Shown: positions 19,259 through 27,348 of the stretch, in pieces
Numbering within the stretch: position 1 is the first letter of the stretch
How the letters are laid out: every line of letters starts with the position of its first letter
Origin: Bacillus licheniformis DSM 13 = ATCC 14580
Lineage (GTDB): Bacteria > Bacillota > Bacilli > Bacillales > Bacillaceae
Direction of reading: 5' to 3'
Length of the DNA stretch: 40,000 nt
Assembly: GCF_000011645.1 (NCBI RefSeq)
Contig: NC_006270.3
Span: forward strand, 1,319,902-1,359,901
The notes under the pieces: model-generated
Databases searched by the model: none
What the model saw: the letters and a program-made list of their open reading frames with translations, nothing else
Told to the model about the DNA's origin: nothing
Position numbers and translations under genes: made by a program

Positions 19259-20294
19259 AGACCAGACATTTGAAGAGATCATGGAACGCATGCTTGAGCG
19301 GGTTTCAGATGAGATTGACAAACGTGAAAACAGCGTCATTTGGAATGCGCTTGCCCCGGCAGCCGCCGAGCTGGCGCTTTCTTATATTTGGCTTGATCAA
19401 GTGCTGAATTTGGTTTATGCGGATACGGCTGAAGGCGAATATTTGGACAGAAGGGCGGCTGAGGCCGGTCTTGAGCGCTATCGGGCGTCAAAAGCCATAT
19501 GGTCTGCGGCATTTACGGATGGAGTATCGGTTCCCCCCGGAACCCGTTTCTTTCTGGAAGATTTATATTTTACCATGCTCGAAGACGGCAAGCTGGAATG
19601 TGAAACAGCCGGGACAAAAGGAAACGCCAATTTTTCGGGGCGGCCTTTGCTTCCGCTCGATACCATTCCCGGGCTTGAAAAAGCGGTTATGGGAAGCCTT
19701 GAAATTCCCGGCCGCGACGAGGAGACGGATGAATCCCTGTATGAAAGGTATTTAATCCGCGTCCGTAGGGAAGCGGTCAGCGCGAATCAGCTGCATTACA
19801 AACAATGGGCCGAAGAAGTGGACGGCGTAGGCAAAGCGAAGGTCTTTCCGCTGTGGAATGGCGAGGGAACCGTAAAGGTTGTCATTACAAACGCGAAAAT
19901 GGAGCCAGCCACAGACGCATTAATCGAAAGAGTCAAGCAGTATATCGATCCCGATCCGGGCAAAGGGGAAGGTATGGCGCCGATCGGAGCTTATACCGCG
20001 GTTGAAAGCGCGGTATGGAAAGACGTGAGCATATCTGCAAAAATCATACCTGAATCAGGCCGGACGATCGGTGAGGCCAAACAGGAAATTGCAGAAAAAA
20101 TCACTGAATTATTTAAAGAAATGGCTTTTAAAGAAAGCGTCATCCGTCTCTCGCAGATCAACAACATGATCTATGAATCGTCCTCTGTCAGCGACTATTC
20201 GGAAGTCTTCATCAACGGGGAAGCGAAAAATCTGCAGTTGACAGAAACGGAAATTCCAAAGCTGGGGCAGGTGACCATCATTGAGCAAGATTGA
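19251..20294 (+). CDS. xkdT: baseplate J-like protein
   Basis: 347 aa from ATG 19251 (ORF open from 19242). Size and position match the P2 gpJ / XkdT family. Confidence 0.85.
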   Translation: MFEDQTFEEIMERMLERVSDEIDKRENSVIWNALAPAAAELALSYIWLDQVLNLVYADTAEGEYLDRRAAEAGLERYRASKAIWSAAFTDGVSVPPGTRFFLEDLYFTMLEDGKLECETAGTKGNANFSGRPLLPLDTIPGLEKAVMGSLEIPGRDEETDESLYERYLIRVRREAVSANQLHYKQWAEEVDGVGKAKVFPLWNGEGTVKVVITNAKMEPATDALIERVKQYIDPDPGKGEGMAPIGAYTAVESAVWKDVSISAKIIPESGRTIGEAKQEIAEKITELFKEMAFKESVIRLSQINNMIYESSSVSDYSEVFINGEAKNLQLTETEIPKLGQVTIIEQD

Positions 20295-21201
20295 TGAAAT
20301 GGCTTTTCACCTGCCGCCATACTTGATGGAAATCCGGGAAATTCAAGAAATTATAACGGCTGAAGCGCCTGAATTTGAGAGGCAAAATCAAGAGATTTTC
20401 GATATGACGGACCAGCTTTTCGTCACGACGGCCACATGGGGGCTGGACAGGTGGGAAAAGATTTTGAATGTCAGACGCGAGGCTTCGGACGGCGTCGATA
20501 TTCGAAGGGCCCGTCTGTTAACCAAGATGTCCAATATTCCGCCGATTACAAGCCGCTCGATCGAGCGCGCGGTTAATGCTTTTTTAAAACAGCCGTCCGC
20601 ATCCGTCAGACTGACGGCCGGACGGTATCATTTTTTGCTGAGTGTAAACGGAGAGGATCTGCAGTTTATACCTTCAATCATTCAAACCGTCAATCATATG
20701 AAGCCCGCCCATTTGGCTTATACATTCCGGGGCGGGTTTCATTATGAATGTCGGCCGCCGAAAAGCGTTCATGACAGGCTCGTTTTAAGAAGCAAAAACG
20801 GCTTTTTCGGTACGATACCGGTCTATTTGGACGGACAGTATCTGCTTGATGATGCATTCTACTTGAACGGTTTTCGAGAAATCGACGGACTGCCCCGCAG
20901 GTTTAAACAGCAGCTCACACTGCGCCACAAGAAGCGGCAATACATTCGGTCCGCCTCCAGCTTTACGATAAAGACGGCCGCTGAAAACCGGCGGAAACAG
21001 CAAACAAAAGCTGGCATGAAAACCGGCATTACCAATCAAAACAAAAAGGTCCAATCCTTCAAAATCAGCTGCAAATGCGAACATGAATTTAAGCAAGCAG
21101 GCGCGCTTGAAATGAGAGAGAAGTGGTGGACGCTAAACGGCGCATTTTTGCTCGACGGTACAAAGCAGCTGGCAGCAGCGGCGCAAAAAATCGCATTGTA
21201 A
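20281..21201 (+). CDS. xkdU: XkdU-like (P2 gpI-type) baseplate protein with long C-terminal extension
   Basis: TTG start 6 nt after AGGTGA, overlapping the xkdT end. The N-terminal ~180 aa sit at the gpI-like position. The C-terminal ~125 aa are basic with two LDG/LNG motifs. Confidence 0.7.
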   Translation: MSKIDEMAFHLPPYLMEIREIQEIITAEAPEFERQNQEIFDMTDQLFVTTATWGLDRWEKILNVRREASDGVDIRRARLLTKMSNIPPITSRSIERAVNAFLKQPSASVRLTAGRYHFLLSVNGEDLQFIPSIIQTVNHMKPAHLAYTFRGGFHYECRPPKSVHDRLVLRSKNGFFGTIPVYLDGQYLLDDAFYLNGFREIDGLPRRFKQQLTLRHKKRQYIRSASSFTIKTAAENRRKQQTKAGMKTGITNQNKKVQSFKISCKCEHEFKQAGALEMREKWWTLNGAFLLDGTKQLAAAAQKIAL

Positions 21202-21214
21202 AGGAGAAATCAAA

Positions 21215-21601
21215 ATGGCACAACAATTAACAGTGACAACGCTTTATGCGAGACAGCAAATGGCAAAAGCACGGGCTGAGGGCGGCAAGCTCACCAAAAT
21301 CACAAAAATGGCTTTCGGAAACGGAGGTACAAACGATAAAGGCGAACCCGTTCCTCTGCAGGGCAACGAACAGGCCCTGAAAAACGAACTTCTGCAAAAG
21401 GATATCGACGGCTTTGCCTTTATGGAGCCGGCGAAAGTCCGTTATACATGTACATTGGGAGAAAGCGAACTCGCAGGGGAAACGATCAACGAGCTCGCCC
21501 TTGTCGATGAAGCCGGAAAATTCACAGCGGTCAGAACGATGACAGACAAGCAGAAAGACGGCGACATCGAGTTCGTCTTTGAAATCGACGACATTTATTA
21601 A
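21215..21601 (+). CDS. stand-alone phage tail-collar fibre N-terminal domain protein (128 aa)
   Basis: MAQQLTVTTLYARQQMAKARAEGGKLTKITKMAFGNGG...NEL resembles the N-terminal collar domain of P2 gpH-type fibres. RBS AAAGGAGA. Confidence 0.7.
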   Translation: MAQQLTVTTLYARQQMAKARAEGGKLTKITKMAFGNGGTNDKGEPVPLQGNEQALKNELLQKDIDGFAFMEPAKVRYTCTLGESELAGETINELALVDEAGKFTAVRTMTDKQKDGDIEFVFEIDDIY

Positions 21602-21616
21602 AGGAGCTGAAACAAG

Positions 21617-22822
21617 GTGGACATCCAAAAACCGAGACGCTTTGAAACAACAGACCGCGCCCATGCCGACTTGTTCAACGAAGCGATAGATCAGCTGAAT
21701 GTAAACGATGAACGGATTGCAAAGCGGGCTGAGGAAGCTGAAGAAAGGGCTAAAACGTATACTGATGCCCATGCTAACGACCATTCGATTCACATCACCG
21801 ACAAAGAGAGGGAAAAATGGAGCGCGGGGCAGTTATATAAAATAACCGAAAATAACGGAAAAGTCTTTTACAGAGGCAGTTCAGAAACAACAGATTTTAA
21901 CACTTTGACAGAAACCGGCATGTATCTCATCTATAATGAAGGAATCAACTCGCCACCTTCATCAAATCGGATATTTTTGCTTGTCATGAGTTTCGGCAAT
22001 ACCTTGGTTCAGGCAGCTTATGAATCGTACAAAGGGACACAGTCGTATTTTAGATTCAGAAAATCCGATTCAACAACATGGACGCCATGGCAGACCCAGG
22101 AAACGACCAGTGGAGCACAGGCCAAGGTTGATGCTCATGAACAAAATACGAATCTCCATGTGAATGAAGATGAACGGGAAAAATGGAACAATGCACAGTT
22201 ATATAAAATTACTGATAATAATGGAACGCGCACAAAACTGCCGGATGGAACGGATTTATTAACGCTGCCGACAGGTTTTTATTATGCTATGGGCCATGTT
22301 GTTCAAAACAACCCTGTAGAAAACGACAGCTCCTGGTTTAATTACGATGTAATTGAAACTGGCGCTGGAAGAAAGACCATCCATGCGTGGCGGAGCTATG
22401 ATAATACTTTATGGCATGGAACAGTTCACACAGATGGACAGTTTCGAGAATGGAAAAGAGTAGTCACAAACGCCGATTTAAACGTTGCTTGGCAGACTCC
22501 AACGTTGACAAATGGATGGAAACAGTATGGGTCGCACAAAGTCCGGTTTTGTAAAAATATGCTTGGAGAAGTCGAAATTATCGGATCAATAACGGGCGGG
22601 ACGATTGGCTTTGATATTCCTGCGTTTACGCTGCCTGAGGGGTTCCGCCCGATTCAAGCGATGTACTTTATAGGTGTTGCATCAAGTATAGGTACTGGGT
22701 CAATACCGCAAATCCACCGGACACTGATCGATACTGACGGAAGGGTATGCATTCAATCCAGTTCAAATACAGTAAATCCAAACGAGTTTATTACTTTCGG
22801 GTTTAAGTTTAGAGCTGCATAG
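21617..22822 (+). CDS. tail fibre / receptor-binding protein, paralogue 1 (401 aa)
   Basis: GTG start after AAAGGAG. Two H-x-ERxKW-QLYKIT motifs, each followed by a knob-like domain. The C-terminal domain is shared with paralogue 2. Confidence 0.75.
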   Translation: MDIQKPRRFETTDRAHADLFNEAIDQLNVNDERIAKRAEEAEERAKTYTDAHANDHSIHITDKEREKWSAGQLYKITENNGKVFYRGSSETTDFNTLTETGMYLIYNEGINSPPSSNRIFLLVMSFGNTLVQAAYESYKGTQSYFRFRKSDSTTWTPWQTQETTSGAQAKVDAHEQNTNLHVNEDEREKWNNAQLYKITDNNGTRTKLPDGTDLLTLPTGFYYAMGHVVQNNPVENDSSWFNYDVIETGAGRKTIHAWRSYDNTLWHGTVHTDGQFREWKRVVTNADLNVAWQTPTLTNGWKQYGSHKVRFCKNMLGEVEIIGSITGGTIGFDIPAFTLPEGFRPIQAMYFIGVASSIGTGSIPQIHRTLIDTDGRVCIQSSSNTVNPNEFITFGFKFRAA

Positions 22823-22866
22823 CAAAATGAATAGATTACTTTTTCACAGAGGAGGGTTAATATAAA

Positions 22867-23826
22867 TTGGACATCCAAAAACCGAGATCTTTCAGAACGA
22901 CGGACAGAGCCCATGCCGATTTGTTTAATCAGGTTATCGACCAGCTGAATGCAAATGATGAGTCGATTGCACAGTTTGCCGCCGAAGCTGAACAACGTTC
23001 AACTGCCTATACAGATGCACACATTTCGAACAAAGGTAACCCGCATGGTGTAACAAAATCCCAGGTCGGTCTGGGGGAAGTGATCAATAAAAGACAGGCC
23101 ACAAAAGATGAGTTTGACTTGCATCATAACGATCAAACACGGCATGTTACTGAAGATGAGAGAAATAAATGGAATGGAAGTCAAATTTTTAATATTACCG
23201 GGGACAATGGACAAGCAAAGGTATATATAAGCGCCGAAGATGACTTTCAAACGATCCTACCTCAGTATACCGGACTGATACATTTTACGGCAGCCTCAGG
23301 AGCTATAAACGGACCAGGTGCGGCCGTTCGAGGGATTTGGACTTGCAACGCTTTAGGTAACTATGGTCAAGCGATCGCGTTTGACAATGCAAATAGAACC
23401 TATCGGAAAACAATAGCCGGGGGCAACTGGACTGACTGGACAGAATTAATTTCCGCGGAGAGTCTCGAGGCAAAGTTGGCGAACTTAACTTGGCACTTTC
23501 CAACGCTTTTAAACGAATGGGTTAATTATGCGGACAGCACTAAAGTTCGTTATACAAAAGATGCCACAGGTACGGTATTTGTTGAAGGTGCAATAGCAAA
23601 AGGGAAAATTGGTTTTAATATACCTGCATTCGTATTGCCGAAAGGATATCGGCCGTCCCGCGCTTTTCAGTTTGTAGGTGTAGCATCTCAATTGGGCATG
23701 TCCAATACTCCGCAGTATCATAGGCTGCAAGTGAGTGTTGATGGTAATGTCGTGATCGAAAACTGCTCAAATACAGTAAATCCAAATGAATATATCAGTT
23801 TAGGATTTAGTTTTAAGGCCGCATAA
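22867..23826 (+). CDS. tail fibre / receptor-binding protein, paralogue 2 (319 aa)
   Basis: TTG start after GAGGAGGG. Same N-terminal peptide MDIQKPRxF.TTDRAHADLFN. Fibre motif NPHGVTKSQVGLG. One knob-like domain. Shared C-terminal domain ending SNTVNPNEYISLGFSFKAA. Confidence 0.75.
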   Translation: MDIQKPRSFRTTDRAHADLFNQVIDQLNANDESIAQFAAEAEQRSTAYTDAHISNKGNPHGVTKSQVGLGEVINKRQATKDEFDLHHNDQTRHVTEDERNKWNGSQIFNITGDNGQAKVYISAEDDFQTILPQYTGLIHFTAASGAINGPGAAVRGIWTCNALGNYGQAIAFDNANRTYRKTIAGGNWTDWTELISAESLEAKLANLTWHFPTLLNEWVNYADSTKVRYTKDATGTVFVEGAIAKGKIGFNIPAFVLPKGYRPSRAFQFVGVASQLGMSNTPQYHRLQVSVDGNVVIENCSNTVNPNEYISLGFSFKAA

Positions 23827-23847
23827 AATATGAAAGAGGGAATTAAA

Positions 23848-24117
23848 ATGCCGGAAGCACCAGAACTGGATATATTCCAAAAAGAAGTTCAGGAGATGAA
23901 AGCTGATCAAAAATCACTCGAACAGCGCGTCAGTACACTCGAAAGAACATCAGACCGCCACGATCAGCAAATCATCTCGATTAACGAAAAGCTGAACAAA
24001 ATCGAAGAGAATACAACCTGGATTAAGCGCAGCATCACAGGCGCGATAATTACAGCGGTCAGCACCGGCATCATCGGCGGCGCGATCGCTGTTTTTTATA
24101 ATTTATTGCAGAAATAA
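23848..24117 (+). CDS. xhlA: XhlA lysis-associated membrane protein
   Basis: 89 aa from ATG 23848 (RBS AAGAGGGA). Coiled-coil N-terminus and a single C-terminal TM segment ([20 protein letters not shown]). Same length as PBSX XhlA. Confidence 0.8.
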   Translation: MPEAPELDIFQKEVQEMKADQKSLEQRVSTLERTSDRHDQQIISINEKLNKIEENTTWIKRSITGAIITAVSTGIIGGAIAVFYNLLQK

Positions 24118-24131
24118 GGGAGGACATCATC

Positions 24132-24395
24132 ATGAAACATATCGACAAAGGCACGGTCGTCAGGACGGTGCTTCTTTTTATTGCGCTGGTCAATCAGACG
24201 TTGATCATGTTTGGAAAGCCGGTTTTGCCGGTCGCTGAAGATCAGATTCATACATTGGCGGATGCCCTGTATTCGGCCGGATCTGCGGCTTTTACGATCG
24301 CTGCATCGCTCGTTGCCTGGTATAAGAACAACTATGTGACGAGCAAAGGGAAAATGCAAAAAGAAGTTTTACAGAAAAAAGGTTTAACGAAATAA
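24132..24395 (+). CDS. xhlB: holin
   Basis: 87 aa with two hydrophobic segments and a charged C-terminus. Lies between xhlA and the amidase. Confidence 0.85.
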   Translation: MKHIDKGTVVRTVLLFIALVNQTLIMFGKPVLPVAEDQIHTLADALYSAGSAAFTIAASLVAWYKNNYVTSKGKMQKEVLQKKGLTK

Positions 24396-24445
24396 AGCTT
24401 CCTTTCAGACTTTCCAGAATTGAATTTGAAAAGGAATGATGAAGT

Positions 24446-25510
24446 TTGGTCAAAGTAATCAATAACTTTGTAAAAGTCAATCAATACACCCGTCCCGGGC
24501 TGAAGCTTGCGGCAGTCAAAGGCATCGTCATGCATTGGACGGCGACGCCCGGGGCTTCGGCATTGAATGAGCGAAATTATTTCAATGGCACATGCATTGC
24601 CGACAAGCGTTATGCGTCGGCTCATTATTTTGTCGACCGCCATGAGGCGCAGCATATTATTCCCGATCATGAAGTCGCATATCATGCGCATGATCAAAAC
24701 CGCTGCTATGTCAGCTTTCTGAAGCCGAATGCCAATACCACGGCTCTCGGGGTCGAAATGTGCGTGGAAAAAGACGGTACCATCCATGAAGAGACGATTC
24801 GCAATGCGGCAGAGCTTGTAGCGGATTTGTGCAAGACATACGGTTTGTCCGCAGATCGGATTGTCCGCCATTACGATGTCACTAACAAAGGCTGTCCAAC
24901 CCCGTGGGTGAGAGATGCCGGCCAATTGTCAGCTTTCCGTAAAAGAGTAGATTCCCTTTTGGGGAGGAAAACCGTTTCCGTATCGGCTGCCTCCACCAGC
25001 CAGACAAGTTCATCGTCGGGCATTATCCTCAAAAAAGGAATGTCAGGCTCTCATGTGAAAAAGCTGCAAACACGCTTGGTCGCGGCCGGTTTTTCGCTGC
25101 CTAAATACGGCGCGGACGGAAGCTATGGAGACGAGACGGTGCATGCGGTTGTTTCTTTGCAAAAGAAAGCGGGAATTAAAGCCGACGGCATTTACGGTCC
25201 GTCAACTGAAAAAGCCCTCTCGGCCGCTGAAGCGTCAGCAGCCGGCAAGAGCAAGACGTGGACCCTTCCCGACGGCATTTATAAGGTGAAAAACCCGCTG
25301 ATGAAGGGAACGGCCGTCACACAAATCCAGACAGCCCTTGCCGCTCTTTATTACTACCCTGATAAAGGGGCCAAAAACAACGGGATCGACGGATATTACG
25401 GAATGAAGACGGCAAATGCGGTGAAACGTTTTCAGCTGATGTACGGTTTGGGAGCGGACGGGATATACGGACCGAAGACAAAAGCGAAAATGTTGTCCCT
25501 TTTGAAATAA
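24446..25510 (+). CDS. xlyA: N-acetylmuramoyl-L-alanine amidase endolysin (amidase_2 domain plus two PG_binding_1 repeats)
   Basis: TTG start. N-terminal amidase core (IVMHWTATPGA...YHAHD...GVEMC). Two C-terminal repeats of the type DG.YG..T..AV..(F/L)Q (ADGSYGDETVHAVVSLQ, IDGYYGMKTANAVKRFQ). Symbol assigned by position; the domain make-up differs from my memory of XlyA. Confidence 0.8.
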   Translation: MVKVINNFVKVNQYTRPGLKLAAVKGIVMHWTATPGASALNERNYFNGTCIADKRYASAHYFVDRHEAQHIIPDHEVAYHAHDQNRCYVSFLKPNANTTALGVEMCVEKDGTIHEETIRNAAELVADLCKTYGLSADRIVRHYDVTNKGCPTPWVRDAGQLSAFRKRVDSLLGRKTVSVSAASTSQTSSSSGIILKKGMSGSHVKKLQTRLVAAGFSLPKYGADGSYGDETVHAVVSLQKKAGIKADGIYGPSTEKALSAAEASAAGKSKTWTLPDGIYKVKNPLMKGTAVTQIQTALAALYYYPDKGAKNNGIDGYYGMKTANAVKRFQLMYGLGADGIYGPKTKAKMLSLLK

Positions 25511-25540
25511 AGGAACTTTTAAAGTTCCTTTATATTTTTT
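25509..25540 (+). terminator. intrinsic terminator ending the lysis cassette
   Basis: AAAGGAAC (25509-25516) / GTTCCTTT (25524-25531) stem, followed by ATATTTTTT. Confidence 0.7.
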
Positions 25541-25570
25541 AAAAATTTTCAAAAAATAACTATCCCACAG

Positions 25571-25592
25571 CCATACTTGTATGGTAGTATGG
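25571..25592. promoter_or_regulatory. candidate GntR-family operator (inverted repeat plus extra half-site)
   Basis: CCATAC-TT-GTATGG perfect inverted repeat at 25571-25584 and a second GTATGG at 25587-25592, 20-40 bp upstream of the GntR gene start. Confidence 0.4.
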
Positions 25593-25611
25593 CGGAGAGG
25601 GGGTGAGAGTC

Positions 25612-26289
25612 ATGAAAATGAAACAATTAAACCCGCGTTCTGTCAGAGATCAAATCTATCAGGTGCTGAAGGAAGAAATCATGAAGTTTCGGCTTGTTCC
25701 GGGTGAGCAGATATCGGAAAAAGAGATTTCAGAACGGTATGAAGTCAGCCGCACTCCGGTCAGAGAGGCTTTTTTGCAGCTGTCGAAGGAAGGGCTTCTC
25801 GAAGTCTATCCGCAGAAAGGAACCCGCGTGTCGCTGATCGATCTTGACCTGGTGGAGGAAGCGAGGTTTATGCGGGAAAAACTGGAAAAGGCTGTAGCTG
25901 AACTGGCGTGTGAGGACTTCCCGCAGGAAGCTATGTTTAAGCTGGAGCAGAATGTGAAGATGCAGGAATTATCGATCGCACAGAAAAATTATGAAAGTTT
26001 GTTTGAATTAGATGAAGCGTTTCATCAGACGATTTTTGAAGGCTGCGGAAAAGCGAATGTCTGGGCTGCGATTCAGCAGATGAACGTTCCCTTCCAAAGA
26101 ATCCGCTTTTTAAGGCTTGCCGCCGATTTTAACTGGAACACCATCCATCAGCAGCACGCGGCATTAACAGAAGCGATTCGAACAAAACAGAAGGCAAAAG
26201 CCAAGGAAATCGCCGAAGAGCATTTGCAGCTGGTCATCGTCGATAAACAGATGCTCATTGATGAGTTTCCCGGTTATTTCAAAAAGTAA
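25612..26289 (+). CDS. GntR/FadR-family transcriptional regulator
   Basis: N-terminal winged HTH (ISEKEISERYEVSRTPVREAFLQLSKEGLL) and a helical C-terminal effector domain. ATG 25612 after GGAGAGGGGG. Confidence 0.85.
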   Translation: MKMKQLNPRSVRDQIYQVLKEEIMKFRLVPGEQISEKEISERYEVSRTPVREAFLQLSKEGLLEVYPQKGTRVSLIDLDLVEEARFMREKLEKAVAELACEDFPQEAMFKLEQNVKMQELSIAQKNYESLFELDEAFHQTIFEGCGKANVWAAIQQMNVPFQRIRFLRLAADFNWNTIHQQHAALTEAIRTKQKAKAKEIAEEHLQLVIVDKQMLIDEFPGYFKK

Positions 26290-26311
26290 GCGCTTTAAAA
26301 GGAGTGGTGAT

Positions 26312-27328
26312 GTGAAAGCTGCGGTGATGACGAAGCCTTATTCGATTGAATTTCACGACATACCGCGTCCCGAACCGGCCAGCGGTGAAGTCCTTGTCAA
26401 GATAAAGGCTGCCGGGATTTGCGGAAGTGATGTGCATTTTTACGACGGCTCAAATCCATATGCACAGTACCCTCAGATCTTTGGACATGAGCTTGCAGGC
26501 ATCATTGAAAAAACGGGGGCCGGCGTGAGGGGGCGATCCGCAGGCGAACGGGTCGTAATTGAACCGGCGATCCCGTGCGGAGGCTGCTACCCTTGTCGGA
26601 AAGGGAGGACAAACGCCTGTATGAACATCGATATGATCGGGTCGGTTCGCAGAGGAGGGTTCGCTGATTTTATCATTGTTCCAGAAACGCATGTCCATCC
26701 GATTCCTGAGCAAATGGATTTTGCAACCGCTGCTTTGTGCGAGCCGTTTTCAATCGGAGCGCAGGCGGTTCGGCGGGCAGATATTCAAACAGGCGAAACG
26801 ATTGTCATATTGGGAATGGGTCCGATCGGGTTAACGATTTTGGCGCAGGTAAAAAAGCGCTTCGACGTTCGTGTGATCGCTGTCGATCCTGTAAGGGAAA
26901 GGCTTGAGCTTGCCGAGGCATTCGGGGCGGATGCCGTTATTCAGCCTGGTGAAGAGGATGCAGAGCAAATGATTCTGAAGCTGACAGGCGGAGAAGGAGC
27001 GGGGATTGTGTTCGAAGCGGCCGGGATTCCCGCGACGATTGAGCAATCCGTTCGTTTGGCGGCCGCCGCCGGGCGCATTGTCATTGTCGGCTTAACGGGG
27101 AGGAATGTGACGATTCCGGGTCTTCTTCTCACAAAGAAAGATATTGAAATTTATGGAACAAAACACAGCGTCAATCAATTTCCCGGCGTCATTCAATTTT
27201 TGAATGAAAACCCTGAAATAGCCCGGGCTTTTGTCACTGAGATCATGCCTTTTATGGAAATAGAAGAGGCGTTGAAAAAAGCGAAAAACTGTCCCCATCA
27301 GGTCACAAAGATCATTTTATCTTATTGA
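26312..27328 (+). CDS. Zn-dependent medium-chain dehydrogenase 1 (YjmD-like)
   Basis: GICGSDVH...GHE zinc motif, structural Cys cluster CGGCYPC, GxGxxG (GMGPIG). GTG 26312 after AAAGGAG. Confidence 0.8.
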   Translation: MKAAVMTKPYSIEFHDIPRPEPASGEVLVKIKAAGICGSDVHFYDGSNPYAQYPQIFGHELAGIIEKTGAGVRGRSAGERVVIEPAIPCGGCYPCRKGRTNACMNIDMIGSVRRGGFADFIIVPETHVHPIPEQMDFATAALCEPFSIGAQAVRRADIQTGETIVILGMGPIGLTILAQVKKRFDVRVIAVDPVRERLELAEAFGADAVIQPGEEDAEQMILKLTGGEGAGIVFEAAGIPATIEQSVRLAAAAGRIVIVGLTGRNVTIPGLLLTKKDIEIYGTKHSVNQFPGVIQFLNENPEIARAFVTEIMPFMEIEEALKKAKNCPHQVTKIILSY

Positions 27329-27348
27329 ATCGGTGAGGAGGAAGTGTG

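Larger units (their letters stand above)
1..25540 (+). mobile_element. PBSX-type defective prophage / phage-tail-like bacteriocin element (left end lies outside the window)
   Basis: Collinear + strand order as I recall for B. subtilis PBSX: xkdB-xkdC-xkdD-xtrA-xpf-xtmA-xtmB-xkdE-F-G...K-M-N-O-P-Q-R-S-T-U, fibres, xhlA-xhlB-amidase. Many ATGA/TGATG coupled junctions. No integrase or att site in the window. Right end taken as the terminator after the amidase. Confidence 0.85.

Noticed and set aside
21227-21793. 188-aa minus-strand ORF
   Set aside because: It is antisense to the collar protein and the fibre 1 N-terminus. Its composition is Cys/Phe-rich and typical of antisense frames.
21617-23826. 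Diversity-generating retroelement, shufflon or invertible-segment mechanism for the fibre genes
   Set aside because: There is no reverse transcriptase, no template-repeat/variable-repeat pair with A-specific differences, no invertase, and no inverted repeats flanking the genes. Both copies are in direct orientation.
24332-24925. 197-aa minus-strand ORF
   Set aside because: It is antisense to xhlB and the amidase, both of which have clear domain signatures.
1-25540. Prophage attachment sites or integrase defining the element borders
   Set aside because: No integrase or recombinase gene is present and I saw no direct repeat at the right border. The left border is outside the window, so the borders cannot be called.
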